In this document: positions 9,038 to 18,773 of the stretch, piece by piece
Layout: each line of letters begins with the position of its first letter
Numbering within the stretch: position 1 is the first letter of the stretch
Assembly (NCBI GenBank): GCA_037140955.1
Contig: JBAXDL010000003.1
Coordinates: 27,348 to 91,347, forward strand
From: a bacterium
GTDB taxonomy: Bacteria; Patescibacteriota; Minisyncoccia; Moranbacterales; GWC2-37-73
Reading direction: 5' to 3'
Length of the DNA stretch: 64,000 bases
Translations under genes and position numbers: made by a program
Notes under the pieces: generated by a model
The model's input: only the letters and a program-made list of their open reading frames with translations
Told to the model about the DNA's origin: nothing
The model's database searches: none

Positions 9038-10186
9038 CTATTCCCCCTTCAAGATAACAGAAATTTCCCTCGCACATTGGTCCCAATCAAATCTTTTCAC
9101 ATTTTTAAGACCTTTTTTGATAAGGTCTTTTTTCTTTTCTTTGTTAGAAATTATTTCAAAAATATTCTCAGCAATTTCATTTGGATTACTTGGATCAACC
9201 AAAGCAGCTGAACAGGTATCAAATTGCATCTTTGCTTTTTCAAGACCGGATTCCGGTTCAAGCCCGGAATGACAAGATGTGATCTCGGAAATCGAAGAAT
9301 TGTTTGAAGCAACAACGCAGCATCCAACACTTTGCGCTTCCAAAATTGGAATTCCAAAGCCTTCATATTGTGTTGGAAAAACAAAAACATCTGCATTTTT
9401 CAAAAGTTCCCATTTTTCATCATCACCCACGAATCCAAATTCTTGAATTTCCTCATTCCATTTGGAATTTGATATTTGGAATTTGATATTTACATAATTA
9501 TGTCCTGGTTTTCCAGCAAGTATAAGATGATGCGGAATATTATATTTTTCCTTCAATATGTCAAAAGCTTTGATGATATTTGCAATATTTTTCCTTTCCT
9601 CAATTCTACCTAAAAATAAAAGAAATTTCTGATTTCTAATTTTGGATTTTATTTGATATTTGTCATTTGGATTTTGGATTTTATTGCCGTATCCCTCATA
9701 AATAACCTTTATTTTTTCATTTGCAATTCCATATAGTTCAATCAAATCCTTCTTGGTGTTTTCAGAAACTGAAATTATCACATTTGCCCAAATGCAGGAT
9801 TTTTTGATAGTAAGACGCATATAAAAGCGCTCAAACCAAGAATATGCTCGTGGAAGAAATTCATATTCCAGGCCATGCACTGTCACGATAGTATTTCTTG
9901 GATGAATCATTGGCACAGTATGTGCAGGAACAAACAATTTCTCCACTGGATGCAAAAACATTTCCAATGACAATCCAAATTGTGTCCAAAATATTGGAAA
10001 TCTTATTTCCGTGATTTTCCAATTTTCTGGCAACTTGAAATCTATTTTTTGATTTTTACGAATATACAAAATTACTTGCTCATTCTGCAAGTAATTTGTA
10101 AGATTTTCTATAACCTGATATGAATATTCTTCAATACCAGTTCTTTGTTTCAAAAATGCCCGAGAAGCATCGATGCCTATTTTCAT
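9038..10186 (-). CDS. Glycosyltransferase family 4 (group 1). The C-terminal region contains a GC-rich palindromic-repeat fragment in frame.
   Basis: QYEGFGIPILEAQSVGCCVVAS (E-x7-E region). The peptide SCHSGLEPESG is encoded by the GC-rich 9258..9282 segment shared with the element inside elp3. Confidence 0.7.
   Translation of the reverse strand: MKIGIDASRAFLKQRTGIEEYSYQVIENLTNYLQNEQVILYIRKNQKIDFKLPENWKITEIRFPIFWTQFGLSLEMFLHPVEKLFVPAHTVPMIHPRNTIVTVHGLEYEFLPRAYSWFERFYMRLTIKKSCIWANVIISVSENTKKDLIELYGIANEKIKVIYEGYGNKIQNPNDKYQIKSKIRNQKFLLFLGRIEERKNIANIIKAFDILKEKYNIPHHLILAGKPGHNYVNIKFQISNSKWNEEIQEFGFVGDDEKWELLKNADVFVFPTQYEGFGIPILEAQSVGCCVVASNNSSISEITSCHSGLEPESGLEKAKMQFDTCSAALVDPSNPNEIAENIFEIISNKEKKKDLIKKGLKNVKRFDWDQCAREISVILKGE
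9258..9282 (-). repeat. Partial copy of the GC-rich palindromic element, in frame within the GT4 coding sequence (CHSG-peptide family). It is 20 bp identical to 46908-46927.
   Basis: The minus-strand sequence tgtcattccgggcttgaacc matches tgtcattccgggcttgaccc at 46908 apart from a one-base insertion (19 of 20 identical). It lies in a local GC spike. Confidence 0.55.
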
Positions 10187-10232
10187 TGCTTGTTAGATAT
10201 TAGCGTTTAGCTATTACAAAAAATAACCACTA

Positions 10233-10343
10233 TGCGAGATTATTTTTATTATTTGGCCAATAACCGGCGACAGTGGATTCTTGAGCTTTTGGATATTAAG
10301 CATTTCATCCAAAAGCGTGCCAAAAAATGAAAATAATCTCACA
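10233..10343 (+). repeat. MITE-like intergenic element, copy A (TIR tgcgagattatttt / aaaataatctcaca, central hairpin).
   Basis: 111 bp between mreB (3' end) and GT4 (5' end). Hairpin gcttttggat-N12-atccaaaagc at 10285-10316. Shares the ggccaa..gcgacag..tgagctttt..aaaagcgtgccaaaaa core with five other copies. Confidence 0.8.
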
Positions 10344-10358
10344 TAACTCAATAAAAGC

Positions 10359-11366
10359 CTACTTCGCCAGCGTAATTGTCCTTTTGTATATTTCAAGATT
10401 ATCAAGAGCAATTCCTATCCCCTTGATCACGCAAAACAAAGGATCATCAGCCACATAGCAAGGCACGCCAATTGTTTTTGTGATGAGTTGATCAAGATTG
10501 CGCAACAAAGCTCCTCCACCAGAAAGAATCATGCCTTTGTCCATGATGTCAGCAGCCAATTCGGGTGGCGTTTCTTGAAAAACTTTTTTAATAGCATTAA
10601 TAACCTCTCGAAGTTCATCTTGCAATGCTTCCGTCACTTCATTAGAAGAGATTCTAATTGTTTTTGGAAGTCCACCCATAAGGTCGCGACCACGCACATC
10701 CATATGATCTTCTTTAACTTGAGCAATAGCACTGCCAATTTCTTTTTTGATGTCCTCGGCCGTTCTATCCCCCACTGCCAAGCCATATTTTCTTTTAATA
10801 TAATCAGAAATTGCTTGATCAAATTTGTTTCCACCAACACGTGCACTGTGAGCAGCCACAATGCCTCCCAAGGAAATCACAGCAATCTCCGATGTTCCGC
10901 CACCGATATTAATAATCATATTACCTTGAGCATTATGAATAGGAATTCCAGCACCAATAGCAGCCAACAATGGCTCTTTCACAACATAGGCTGATTTTGC
11001 ACCAGCTTTCACTGCTGCATCAATCACGGCGCGACGTTCAGTCGATGTCACTCCAGCAGGAATGGAAATCATGATTTCAGGCTTAAAAACCCTGACCTTG
11101 CCAGTCACCTTGTTGATAAAATATTTTAGCATTGCTTCTGTCACACGATAATCAGCAATAACACCATCCTTCATGGGACGAGATGCCACAATATTGTCAG
11201 GTGTGCGACCAAGCATTTCCCTTGCTTGATTGCCAACCGCCAAAACAATATTGTCCAATGGCGAAACAGCCACCACAGATGGCTCATTAACAACAATTCC
11301 TTTGCCAGGAATAAAAACCAAAGTGTTTGCAGTTCCAAGATCAATTCCTATCCTCCTGATAAACAT
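10359..11366 (-). CDS. mreB: Rod shape-determining protein MreB (actin-like ATPase).
   Basis: IGIDLGTANTLVF start, phosphate-1/2 and adenosine motifs, 335 aa. Confidence 0.9.
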   Translation of the reverse strand: MFIRRIGIDLGTANTLVFIPGKGIVVNEPSVVAVSPLDNIVLAVGNQAREMLGRTPDNIVASRPMKDGVIADYRVTEAMLKYFINKVTGKVRVFKPEIMISIPAGVTSTERRAVIDAAVKAGAKSAYVVKEPLLAAIGAGIPIHNAQGNMIINIGGGTSEIAVISLGGIVAAHSARVGGNKFDQAISDYIKRKYGLAVGDRTAEDIKKEIGSAIAQVKEDHMDVRGRDLMGGLPKTIRISSNEVTEALQDELREVINAIKKVFQETPPELAADIMDKGMILSGGGALLRNLDQLITKTIGVPCYVADDPLFCVIKGIGIALDNLEIYKRTITLAK

Positions 11367-11419
11367 AATCGTAAAAATTTCAAATTATAAATTTTAAATT
11401 CTAAATCAATTTCCAATTC

Positions 11420-11746
11420 CTAATTTTTAAATTCCGAAACCCTGAAATTACCATTTTCCAATTTTCTTTTTTCTCTGCTCATTATTTTTTCATGTTTCTT
11501 CCAGAAAGCTTTTTCAAATTCTTCCACACTCACACCAATACTGATCATGTTTCCCAAAATCAAATTCATCAAATCAATATTCTCCTCAATAAAATCCTCT
11601 TTAGATTTTCCTTTTGTCACTGCTTGTGCCAACTCACCTAGTTCTTCTGTCATCAAATTCAAGCGAAAAGTCATCTCCTCATTGTTTGTCCCTTTCATTT
11701 CATTCTTTGCGTGAAATTCAGCAATGGCATTATAGAATTTTTTCAT
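11420..11746 (-). CDS. MazG-like all-alpha NTP pyrophosphohydrolase domain protein. The start is probably ATG at 11746; the track's TTG start at 11791 would overlap repeat copy B.
   Basis: EELGELAQAV motif with an EE..E.....E/D pattern. About 108 aa. Confidence 0.45.
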   Translation of the reverse strand: MKKFYNAIAEFHAKNEMKGTNNEEMTFRLNLMTEELGELAQAVTKGKSKEDFIEENIDLMNLILGNMISIGVSVEEFEKAFWKKHEKIMSREKRKLENGNFRVSEFKN

Positions 11747-11766
11747 AAAAATAATATGCAAATTTC

Positions 11767-11870
11767 GTGAATCTATTTCATCTTGAGGCAACAGCGAACG
11801 AGAGTGAGGTCTTAGCTTTTGATTATTAACTCCTTAATCAAAAGCGTGCCGAAAGAGGAAATAGATGAGC
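11767..11870 (+). repeat. MITE-like element, copy B (TIR tgaatctatttc / gaaatagatgag).
   Basis: Between murA (3' end) and the mazG-like gene (5' end). Hairpin gcttttgatta-N9-taatcaaaagc followed by gtgccgaaagaggaaatag. The core is colinear with copies A, C, D, E and F. Confidence 0.7.
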
Positions 11871-11894
11871 AGAAATTTGCTCAATCAAAAAACT

Positions 11895-13157
11895 TCATTT
11901 CTCAATTCTCTTAATATCAGCTCCCAATTTTGCCAGCCTTTCTTCAATTTTTTCGTATCCTCGATCAACTTGATAAATCTCTTCAATTGTTGAAGTTCCT
12001 TTGGCACAAAGCGCCGCAATGATGAGTGATGCTCCAGCTCGCAAGTCGAAACTTTTGATTGAACTTCCACGAAGTGCAATTGGACCAGAAATCAAAGCTT
12101 GATGTGGATTCAAAATTTTGGAATCAGCTCCCATTTTTTCAAGCTCGCTCAGATAGTTAAATCTTCCTTCAAAAATTGTGTCAAAAATCATGGTTTGTCC
12201 TTTGGCTTGAGTTGCCAACACGCCCAATGGCTGCTGCACATCAGAAGGAACTCCGGGATATGTGCGAGTGTCAATTTTTTCAATTGCTTTCAAATTGTCA
12301 TTTGGCAAAACAGTGATAGAATCATTTTCAATCTTAAAATCTGCGCCAAATTGCCTAAGTCTTTCCAATACAATATCCAGATTATCTTCTCTTGCGCCAC
12401 GCACAGTGATTGGACTTTTGGTTGCCACGCCCATGATCAAAAATGTTGCAGCCTCATTTGCATCAGGAATAATCTCATGCAATGCTCCTTGCAAATTTTG
12501 ACTACCAACAATTTCAAGTGTGTGAGTTCCTAGTCCTGAAATTTTTGCACCCATAGAAATCAAAAATCTTCCCAAATCCTCCACATGTGGTTCAGCTGCA
12601 GCAATTTTGATGATGGTTTTTTCAGGCAAAGATGCAGCCAGCATCATCGCATTTTCCGTAGCTGTGACTGAAAATTCTTGCAGCACAACTTTGCCAGCTT
12701 TTCGAGAGCTTGCATCAACAACATAATTGCATTCATCTTGCACAATTTTCACGCCCATTTTTTCAAGCGCATCAAAATGTGTTCCCACTGGACGTTTGCC
12801 GATGGTGCATCCGCCAGGATGAGCAATGTTGAATTTATCAGTGCGAGCAGAGAGCGAACCAAGCAGCAAAATCGAAGAGCGCAATTTTTTCACTGTGTGC
12901 AAATCTATTTTTGCAGCATCCAAATCTTTAGCACAAATTCGCACAGTCCTTTCACCTTCCCAAGCAACCGAAACATTCATGCTTTGCAAAATTTCAAGCA
13001 TGCGATATACATCCTCAATCAAGGGGATGTTTGAAATGACACACTCTCCAGCTGTGAGAACAGTTGCAGCCAAAATTGGAGTTGTTGCATTTTTTGATCC
13101 CCTCACATCAATTGTCCCTGAAAGCTTTTTGCCTCCAGTAATTTCAAAATATTCCAT
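11895..13157 (-). CDS. murA: UDP-N-acetylglucosamine 1-carboxyvinyltransferase.
   Basis: ITGGKKLSGTIDVRGSKNA near the N-terminus. Catalytic Cys in HPGGCTIGKRPV. 420 aa. Confidence 0.9.
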   Translation of the reverse strand: MEYFEITGGKKLSGTIDVRGSKNATTPILAATVLTAGECVISNIPLIEDVYRMLEILQSMNVSVAWEGERTVRICAKDLDAAKIDLHTVKKLRSSILLLGSLSARTDKFNIAHPGGCTIGKRPVGTHFDALEKMGVKIVQDECNYVVDASSRKAGKVVLQEFSVTATENAMMLAASLPEKTIIKIAAAEPHVEDLGRFLISMGAKISGLGTHTLEIVGSQNLQGALHEIIPDANEAATFLIMGVATKSPITVRGAREDNLDIVLERLRQFGADFKIENDSITVLPNDNLKAIEKIDTRTYPGVPSDVQQPLGVLATQAKGQTMIFDTIFEGRFNYLSELEKMGADSKILNPHQALISGPIALRGSSIKSFDLRAGASLIIAALCAKGTSTIEEIYQVDRGYEKIEERLAKLGADIKRIEK

Positions 13158-13205
13158 AAAATTTATTATATAGTAATAATCCTTTTTTTCAAGTATTTTT
13201 CAGTC

Positions 13206-14603
13206 TTATTTTAATTTTGTTGCCGCCTCCCTGAATTTGTCACCGCGATCAAATTCATTGGCAAAAAGGCCAAAGCTGGCAGCTCCAGGTGAAAGCAGCA
13301 CGATGTCACCAGCATCAGCAAGCTGTTTGGCTTTGGAAACAGCGTCATGCATAGAAGAAACAACAACAATTTCCTTCAAAAAATCTTCATCAGCAATTTT
13401 CTTGAGTTTTTCCATGATCTTGTCAGTAGCAGTGCCACTAAGCAAAATCAAGTTTTTGGTTTTTTCAAAAATCTCTTGGGCAAAATTTCCAAAATCAAGG
13501 TTTTTGTCTGTCCCGCCAGCAATAAGCACTATCGTTTTTTCAAAAGCATTAAGAGCGGAAATGGCAGCGTCTGGAATTGTGGCAGCGGTGTCGTTGTAAT
13601 ATTTCACACCGCCAAGTTCTCGCACAAATTCCAAGCGATGAGCAACACCCTTGAGTTGCGGCAAAGCTTTTTTAATTTCACTATCGCTCAGCCCATAGGC
13701 ATATACCGCGCCAATAGCAGCCATCACATTGGAAAGATTGTGCTTACCTGGAATTAAAATATTTTTAATTGCCGCCAGCTTTTTCACATCAATTCCATTA
13801 TTCAAATAAATAGCCTCATCTTCAATGAAAACACTGCGACTTTTTTTGAGTGGCTCATAGGAAAACTTGATTAATTGTGATGGAGCCTCCTTGCAAGCAT
13901 CTTTCAATGCCTGATCGTCATAATTAAACACCAACCAATCCTTAGGTTTTTGATTTGCAAAAATATATTTCTTGTCTTGAAAATATTTTTCCATGGTTCC
14001 ATAATAGTTTAAATGATCCTTCATGATGTTTTTGAAAACAGCAATATGCGGACTCAATTTTGCTCGCCCCAAAGCTGAAAGTCTCCAACTAGAAAGTTCA
14101 AAAACAACAATAGAGTCTTTTTTTAGCAATAGTAACTTGTCCAAGACAGAAACCTGACCAATTCCGATTTTTATTGGATTTTTTCCGGCAGACTTTAGAA
14201 TTTCATAAATTAGTGTGGCAGTTGTGGTTTTGCCTTTTGTGCCAGTGACTCCGATAATCTTATTTTTGCATAACTTAAAAAACAGACTGGAGTCCATTTC
14301 TACTGGCACTTTGTTTTCAAGGGCAAATTTAATATGCTTGTCCGTCCATGGAGCAGCAGGATTTTTGACAATCATGTCAGCATTAGAAAAATCCTCCATG
14401 CGATGTTGTCCAAGCACATATTGAATATTTTTGATTCCCTTGAGCTTTTCTAAGGAAGCACTCAGCTGCTCTTTTGTTCGAAGATCAGTGGCAATAACCT
14501 TGGCTCCTTGCATAGCCAAAAATTTCACAGTTCCCACTCCACCACCATGCAGACCAATACCCATTACGGTTATTTTCTTTCCCTTAAAAAAAGATAATTC
14601 CAT
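13206..14603 (-). CDS. murD: UDP-N-acetylmuramoyl-L-alanine--D-glutamate ligase.
   Basis: Mur ligase P-loop GVTGTKGKTTTATL. MurD-type N-terminal Rossmann fold. C-terminal LLSPGAASFGLFANEFDRGDKF. Confidence 0.85.
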   Translation of the reverse strand: MELSFFKGKKITVMGIGLHGGGVGTVKFLAMQGAKVIATDLRTKEQLSASLEKLKGIKNIQYVLGQHRMEDFSNADMIVKNPAAPWTDKHIKFALENKVPVEMDSSLFFKLCKNKIIGVTGTKGKTTTATLIYEILKSAGKNPIKIGIGQVSVLDKLLLLKKDSIVVFELSSWRLSALGRAKLSPHIAVFKNIMKDHLNYYGTMEKYFQDKKYIFANQKPKDWLVFNYDDQALKDACKEAPSQLIKFSYEPLKKSRSVFIEDEAIYLNNGIDVKKLAAIKNILIPGKHNLSNVMAAIGAVYAYGLSDSEIKKALPQLKGVAHRLEFVRELGGVKYYNDTAATIPDAAISALNAFEKTIVLIAGGTDKNLDFGNFAQEIFEKTKNLILLSGTATDKIMEKLKKIADEDFLKEIVVVSSMHDAVSKAKQLADAGDIVLLSPGAASFGLFANEFDRGDKFREAATKLK

Positions 14604-14608
14604 ATGTT

Positions 14609-16201
14609 TTAAAATTCAAGAAATGAAGTTTTTCTGCGAATAACCTCCCCAGATCGAAACTGTGTTATCAAACCATTTTTGACTGTCAATTGACCATTGA
14701 CAATGACCCATTCAACACCCTGAGAATATTGATAAGGATCTTCAACTGTGGCCATGTCCTTAATTTTTGCAGGATCAAACACGATCACATCAGCATGATT
14801 ACCCTCTGCCAATATTCCACGCTTTGCAATATTAAATTTTTCAGCAGGAAGTCCACTCATTTTGTGCACAGCCTCTTCCCAACCAACAACACCACGCTCT
14901 TTGACGTATTGAGCAAGTACTCTTGGAAAAGAGCCGAAATTACGTGGATGCACAATCTCACCAGTTCCACGATGCTGCAAATTATAGCCAGAACCATTGG
15001 AAGATATAATTGAAAAAGGATTTATTACTGCCTTATCAACATTTTTTTCGCTAAGCACTTCCATCATAGTAACCACGCGACCCTCACTAGCAATCAAAAC
15101 ATCAATAATGGCATCTTCCACGCTCTTGTTTTGAAATTCAGCAATTTCAGTAATTTTTTTGTGATTTAATTCTTTGTCCAAAGATGAAATTGAAATGATA
15201 ACTTTCGAATAATCATTGCCACTTTCTTTCATGTCCTTAATTGCACGCTTGCGCATGTCTTCGTCCTTAAGACGCGAAAGCATGATGTTGCGACCACCTT
15301 CAGTGACCCAATCAGGCAACAAAATATAGAGCACACTGCCGGTTGAAGTGTATGGATATACATCAAAATGAACATTAATGCCACTTGTGCGTGCAGTTTC
15401 AATCAAATTCAAAGCTTCTTCCATTAATGGCCAATTCTTTTTCCCCATAGCTTTCAAATGTGAAATTTGCAACCTGACACCTGTCTCTTGTGCAATTCTA
15501 ATCGCTTCTTCAATTGCTTTGATCAAATCATCACCCTCGCCTCTAATGTGTGTAGTATAGACACCGTCATATTTCTTGACTATTTCAGCCAATTCAGCAA
15601 TTTCACGAGATGATGCCAGTTTTGCATGCGTATAAACCAAGCCAGTTGAAAAACCAAGCGCACCATCTTTCATTGATTGGGTTAGCATTTTTTTCATGAC
15701 CAACATTTCAGCAGGACTAATGTCTCGCACCTCATCTCCAACTAATCCGCGTCTAAGTGTTCCATGTCCAACCAATGAAGCAAAATTCAAAGCAATATTT
15801 TTCTTTTCAACCTCAGCCAAAAATTCCTTCATGGAAAGCCAATTGAAACTAACATTTTTCATGTCAGTCCATTTTTGGATTGATTTCATCACTTCATGAC
15901 TCGCCAATGGAGCCAAGGATGTTCCACAGTTTCCACCAACAATAGTCGTCACACCTTGATATAGTAAACTTTCAAGAGCTGGATCCAAAAACAAGCGCCA
16001 ATATGTGTCTGAATGATTGTTAACATCAATAAAACCAGGAGAAACATATTTTCCAGTTGCATCAACTTCAATTTGAGCCTGTTCGTTGTGCAAATCTCCA
16101 ATTTCAGCAATCATGCCTTCTTTGATTCCTAAGTCGCCACGAAACATAGGTTTGCCACTACCGTCAATGATTGTGCCATTTTTTATTAGGATATCAAGCA
16201 T
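14609..16201 (-). CDS. N-acyl-D-amino-acid deacylase (D-aminoacylase) family amidohydrolase.
   Basis: ILIKNGTIIDGSG...VSPGFIDVNNHSD metal-binding N-terminus. About 530 aa, typical of the D-aminoacylase / amidohydrolase-3 family. 5 nt downstream of murD. Confidence 0.6.
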   Translation of the reverse strand: MLDILIKNGTIIDGSGKPMFRGDLGIKEGMIAEIGDLHNEQAQIEVDATGKYVSPGFIDVNNHSDTYWRLFLDPALESLLYQGVTTIVGGNCGTSLAPLASHEVMKSIQKWTDMKNVSFNWLSMKEFLAEVEKKNIALNFASLVGHGTLRRGLVGDEVRDISPAEMLVMKKMLTQSMKDGALGFSTGLVYTHAKLASSREIAELAEIVKKYDGVYTTHIRGEGDDLIKAIEEAIRIAQETGVRLQISHLKAMGKKNWPLMEEALNLIETARTSGINVHFDVYPYTSTGSVLYILLPDWVTEGGRNIMLSRLKDEDMRKRAIKDMKESGNDYSKVIISISSLDKELNHKKITEIAEFQNKSVEDAIIDVLIASEGRVVTMMEVLSEKNVDKAVINPFSIISSNGSGYNLQHRGTGEIVHPRNFGSFPRVLAQYVKERGVVGWEEAVHKMSGLPAEKFNIAKRGILAEGNHADVIVFDPAKIKDMATVEDPYQYSQGVEWVIVNGQLTVKNGLITQFRSGEVIRRKTSFLEF

Positions 16202-16295
16202 ATTTTTTATTTTAATAAGTGTTTACTTTATAGCTAAATTCTAACATTTTTAATGTTAAATGCCAAGCAAAATACTCAAAAAAAATTTACGTTTT

Positions 16296-17009
16296 TTATA
16301 TCCATTTTTTTGCTTCCAAGCCAAGTCTTGCCGCTTCACGTTGAGCTTCTTGCTTTGAATTTCCTTCGCCCTCTGCCACCAATTCATCAGCAAGATAAAC
16401 GCCAACCACAAAGTGTTTGTCGTGATCAGGTCCCCATTCCTTCATCACGCGATACGATGGAGTGACTTTGCTATTTTCCTGCGCCTTCTCTTGAAAATAA
16501 CTTTTTGGATCAAGGTATAATTTTTTTTCAATAATCTCGGTCAATCTGGTTGCTACATTTTTCAAGACAAATTTTTTGGTCACCTCATATCCTTGATCAA
16601 GATAAATAGCGCCAATAATGGCTTCCAATGCGTTTGCCAGTAAGTATTGACGAGCTCTCCCTTTGTCTTTTGCTTCTCCGCGACTCATGAGCAAAAATCC
16701 TTCAACTCCAATGCTTTGCGAAACACTAGCAAGCATTTCACCATTAACAAGCGCACTTCTCCAACTAGTAAGTTCGCCTTCTGGATTTTTATAATTAGCG
16801 TACAAATATTCAGTTATAATCAATTCTAAAACAGCATCACCCAAAAATTCCAAACGCTCATTGTGATCAAGCGCATAATCTCTGTTTTCATTTAAGTAAC
16901 TTCGATGCGTCACTGCCTGTCTCAAAATTTCAATATTTCCAAATTCAACTCCAATTTTTTTAGCTAAAGATTCGATCATAGATACAAAAACCCAAAAACC
17001 AAATAACAA
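16296..17009 (-). CDS. rnc: Ribonuclease III.
   Basis: ERLEFLGDAVLE signature, C-terminal dsRBD, 237 aa. Confidence 0.9.
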   Translation of the reverse strand: MLFGFWVFVSMIESLAKKIGVEFGNIEILRQAVTHRSYLNENRDYALDHNERLEFLGDAVLELIITEYLYANYKNPEGELTSWRSALVNGEMLASVSQSIGVEGFLLMSRGEAKDKGRARQYLLANALEAIIGAIYLDQGYEVTKKFVLKNVATRLTEIIEKKLYLDPKSYFQEKAQENSKVTPSYRVMKEWGPDHDKHFVVGVYLADELVAEGEGNSKQEAQREAARLGLEAKKWI

Positions 17010-17127
17010 AAACCAAATAAAATCAAAAGTTCAAAATCTTAATTTTTAGATTTTGATATTTAGTCATTTATTTGAAATTTGACATTTGGATTTTAGATTT
17101 GAAATAACTCAATTATATTCAGAAAGC

Positions 17128-17616
17128 TTATTTTTCTTCTTTTGCTTTTACTTCTTGCTCTTCTTTGTGTTTTTTTGTACTATCATCTTTCATGGGCTCA
17201 CCCATTTCACGATAAATGGTTCCAAGCACGCCATTAACAAAGCGAGCACTACTGTCACCTCCAAATGTTTTGGCAAGTTCTATTGACTCATTGATTGCAA
17301 CCTTTGGTGGGACTTCCCCATAATTTCCATGCATCAATTCATAAATTCCAAGACGAAGAATGTTTCGATCAATCAAGGTCACTTGATCCAATGGCCATTC
17401 AGGAGCACACTTTTCAATCAAAGCATCAATTGTTGCTCTTTTCTCCAATGTTCCCTTGGCCAAATCTTTCACAAATTCAAAATCTTCAATGCCCGGGGCA
17501 AATTCAAGCACATTGCGTCTGACAATATCATCAATCAACTCATCATGCATGCCTTGAAAATCCCACTCAAAAAGAGCCTGCATTGCAACGCTGCGCTGAA
17601 GATGTCTATTTGCCAT
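17128..17616 (-). CDS. nusB: Transcription antitermination factor NusB, with a Lys/Glu-rich C-terminal tail.
   Basis: [21 protein letters not shown]-terminus. All-helical, 162 aa. Confidence 0.8.
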   Translation of the reverse strand: MANRHLQRSVAMQALFEWDFQGMHDELIDDIVRRNVLEFAPGIEDFEFVKDLAKGTLEKRATIDALIEKCAPEWPLDQVTLIDRNILRLGIYELMHGNYGEVPPKVAINESIELAKTFGGDSSARFVNGVLGTIYREMGEPMKDDSTKKHKEEQEVKAKEEK

Positions 17617-17658
17617 AAATGATATTTATTTTATACAACTTAAGTACTTATAAGATGC

Positions 17659-17856
17659 TTATTTCTTTTTTGCTACTTTTTTGATAGTGTTTACAACTTC
17701 ATTTCCTTTGTAAAAACCACAATGAGTGCAAACTCTGTGTGAAAGTTTTTCCTTGCCGCATTTTGAACATGTTTGAGTTTTGATTGGCTCAATTGCGAAA
17801 CGATCTCTTTTTGCATCTCGTCTTTGTTTGGTGTGCCTCTGTTTTGGTACTGACAT
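17659..17856 (-). CDS. rpmF: 50S ribosomal protein L32.
   Basis: MSVPKQRHTKQRRDAKR... then C-x2-C ... C-x2-C zinc ribbon. 65 aa. Confidence 0.8.
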   Translation of the reverse strand: MSVPKQRHTKQRRDAKRDRFAIEPIKTQTCSKCGKEKLSHRVCTHCGFYKGNEVVNTIKKVAKKK

Positions 17857-17869
17857 AGTTTAGTCAAAA

Positions 17870-17898
17870 GTTCTTAAAGTTTGTAAAGTTCGTAAAGC
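17870..17898 (-). promoter_or_regulatory. Periodic 9-mer leader repeat (gttcttaaa gtttgtaaa gttcgtaaa gc) 14-42 nt upstream of the rpmF start. No SD.
   Basis: Three tandem GTYNGTAAA units. The same motif occurs upstream of nusG at 41254-41290. Confidence 0.4.
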
Positions 17899-18005
17899 TA
17901 CTAACAAATGCCTTATATTGCGCTCTTTACAGACCTAAGAACCACTACAAATAAATATTAAAAATACAACGTCATAATAGCATGGCATTTGTGATTTGGC
18001 AATAG

Positions 18006-18683
18006 TTACGCCATTTTTAAGGCTTTTTTGACTGGCGCAAAGCTTTTGCGATGAATTTCACATGGACCATACTCAAAAAGAGCTTCCATGTGTACCTTTG
18101 TTCCATAGCCTTTGTGCTTATCTAAGCCATATTGTGGATATTTTTTATGCATTTTTTCCATCATGCGGTCGCGTGTTACCTTTGCCACAATTGAAGCGGC
18201 TGAAATAGACTTCACTAATCTATCTCCGCCAATTACAGCATATTGTTCCATGGAAAGATTTGGAATTTGTTTGTTGCCGTCAACTAAGATGATGTATTTT
18301 GGCTCTTTTCCTGACCAAATTTGTTGACTAATATTTCTTTTGAGCTCCAAGATTGCTTTTTTCATGGAAAGAAAACTGGCTTCCAGGATATTAATTCGGT
18401 CAATTGTTTCGTGATCGCAAAGACCGATGCCCAAGTAAAAATGCTCACCAATAAAATCAAAAATCTCCCCTCGCTGTTTTTCTGAGACTTTTTTGGAATC
18501 CCTAATGAGGTCAAATTGTTTTTGCTTTTCAATTGGAATTTCAAAATTAGGATTCTTGAACATTGCAGCGCAGGCTAGTACTGGTCCGCAAAGCGGACCT
18601 CTGCCAACTTCATCAGTTCCAATGATGTGCGTGAAGCCTTGTTTGGCAAAATCTTTTTCCAAAATAAAAGTTGATGTTTCCAT
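18006..18683 (-). CDS. rnhB: Ribonuclease HII.
   Basis: IIGTDEVGRGPLCGPV catalytic N-terminus. 225 aa. Confidence 0.9.
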   Translation of the reverse strand: METSTFILEKDFAKQGFTHIIGTDEVGRGPLCGPVLACAAMFKNPNFEIPIEKQKQFDLIRDSKKVSEKQRGEIFDFIGEHFYLGIGLCDHETIDRINILEASFLSMKKAILELKRNISQQIWSGKEPKYIILVDGNKQIPNLSMEQYAVIGGDRLVKSISAASIVAKVTRDRMMEKMHKKYPQYGLDKHKGYGTKVHMEALFEYGPCEIHRKSFAPVKKALKMA

Positions 18684-18773
18684 ATATAAATACTATAACT
18701 TATTTGCCACTTTGCATAATACAAAAAAATACAGCACGAGTTGGCCGTATTTTTGATTATTTCAAGAAAAAAG

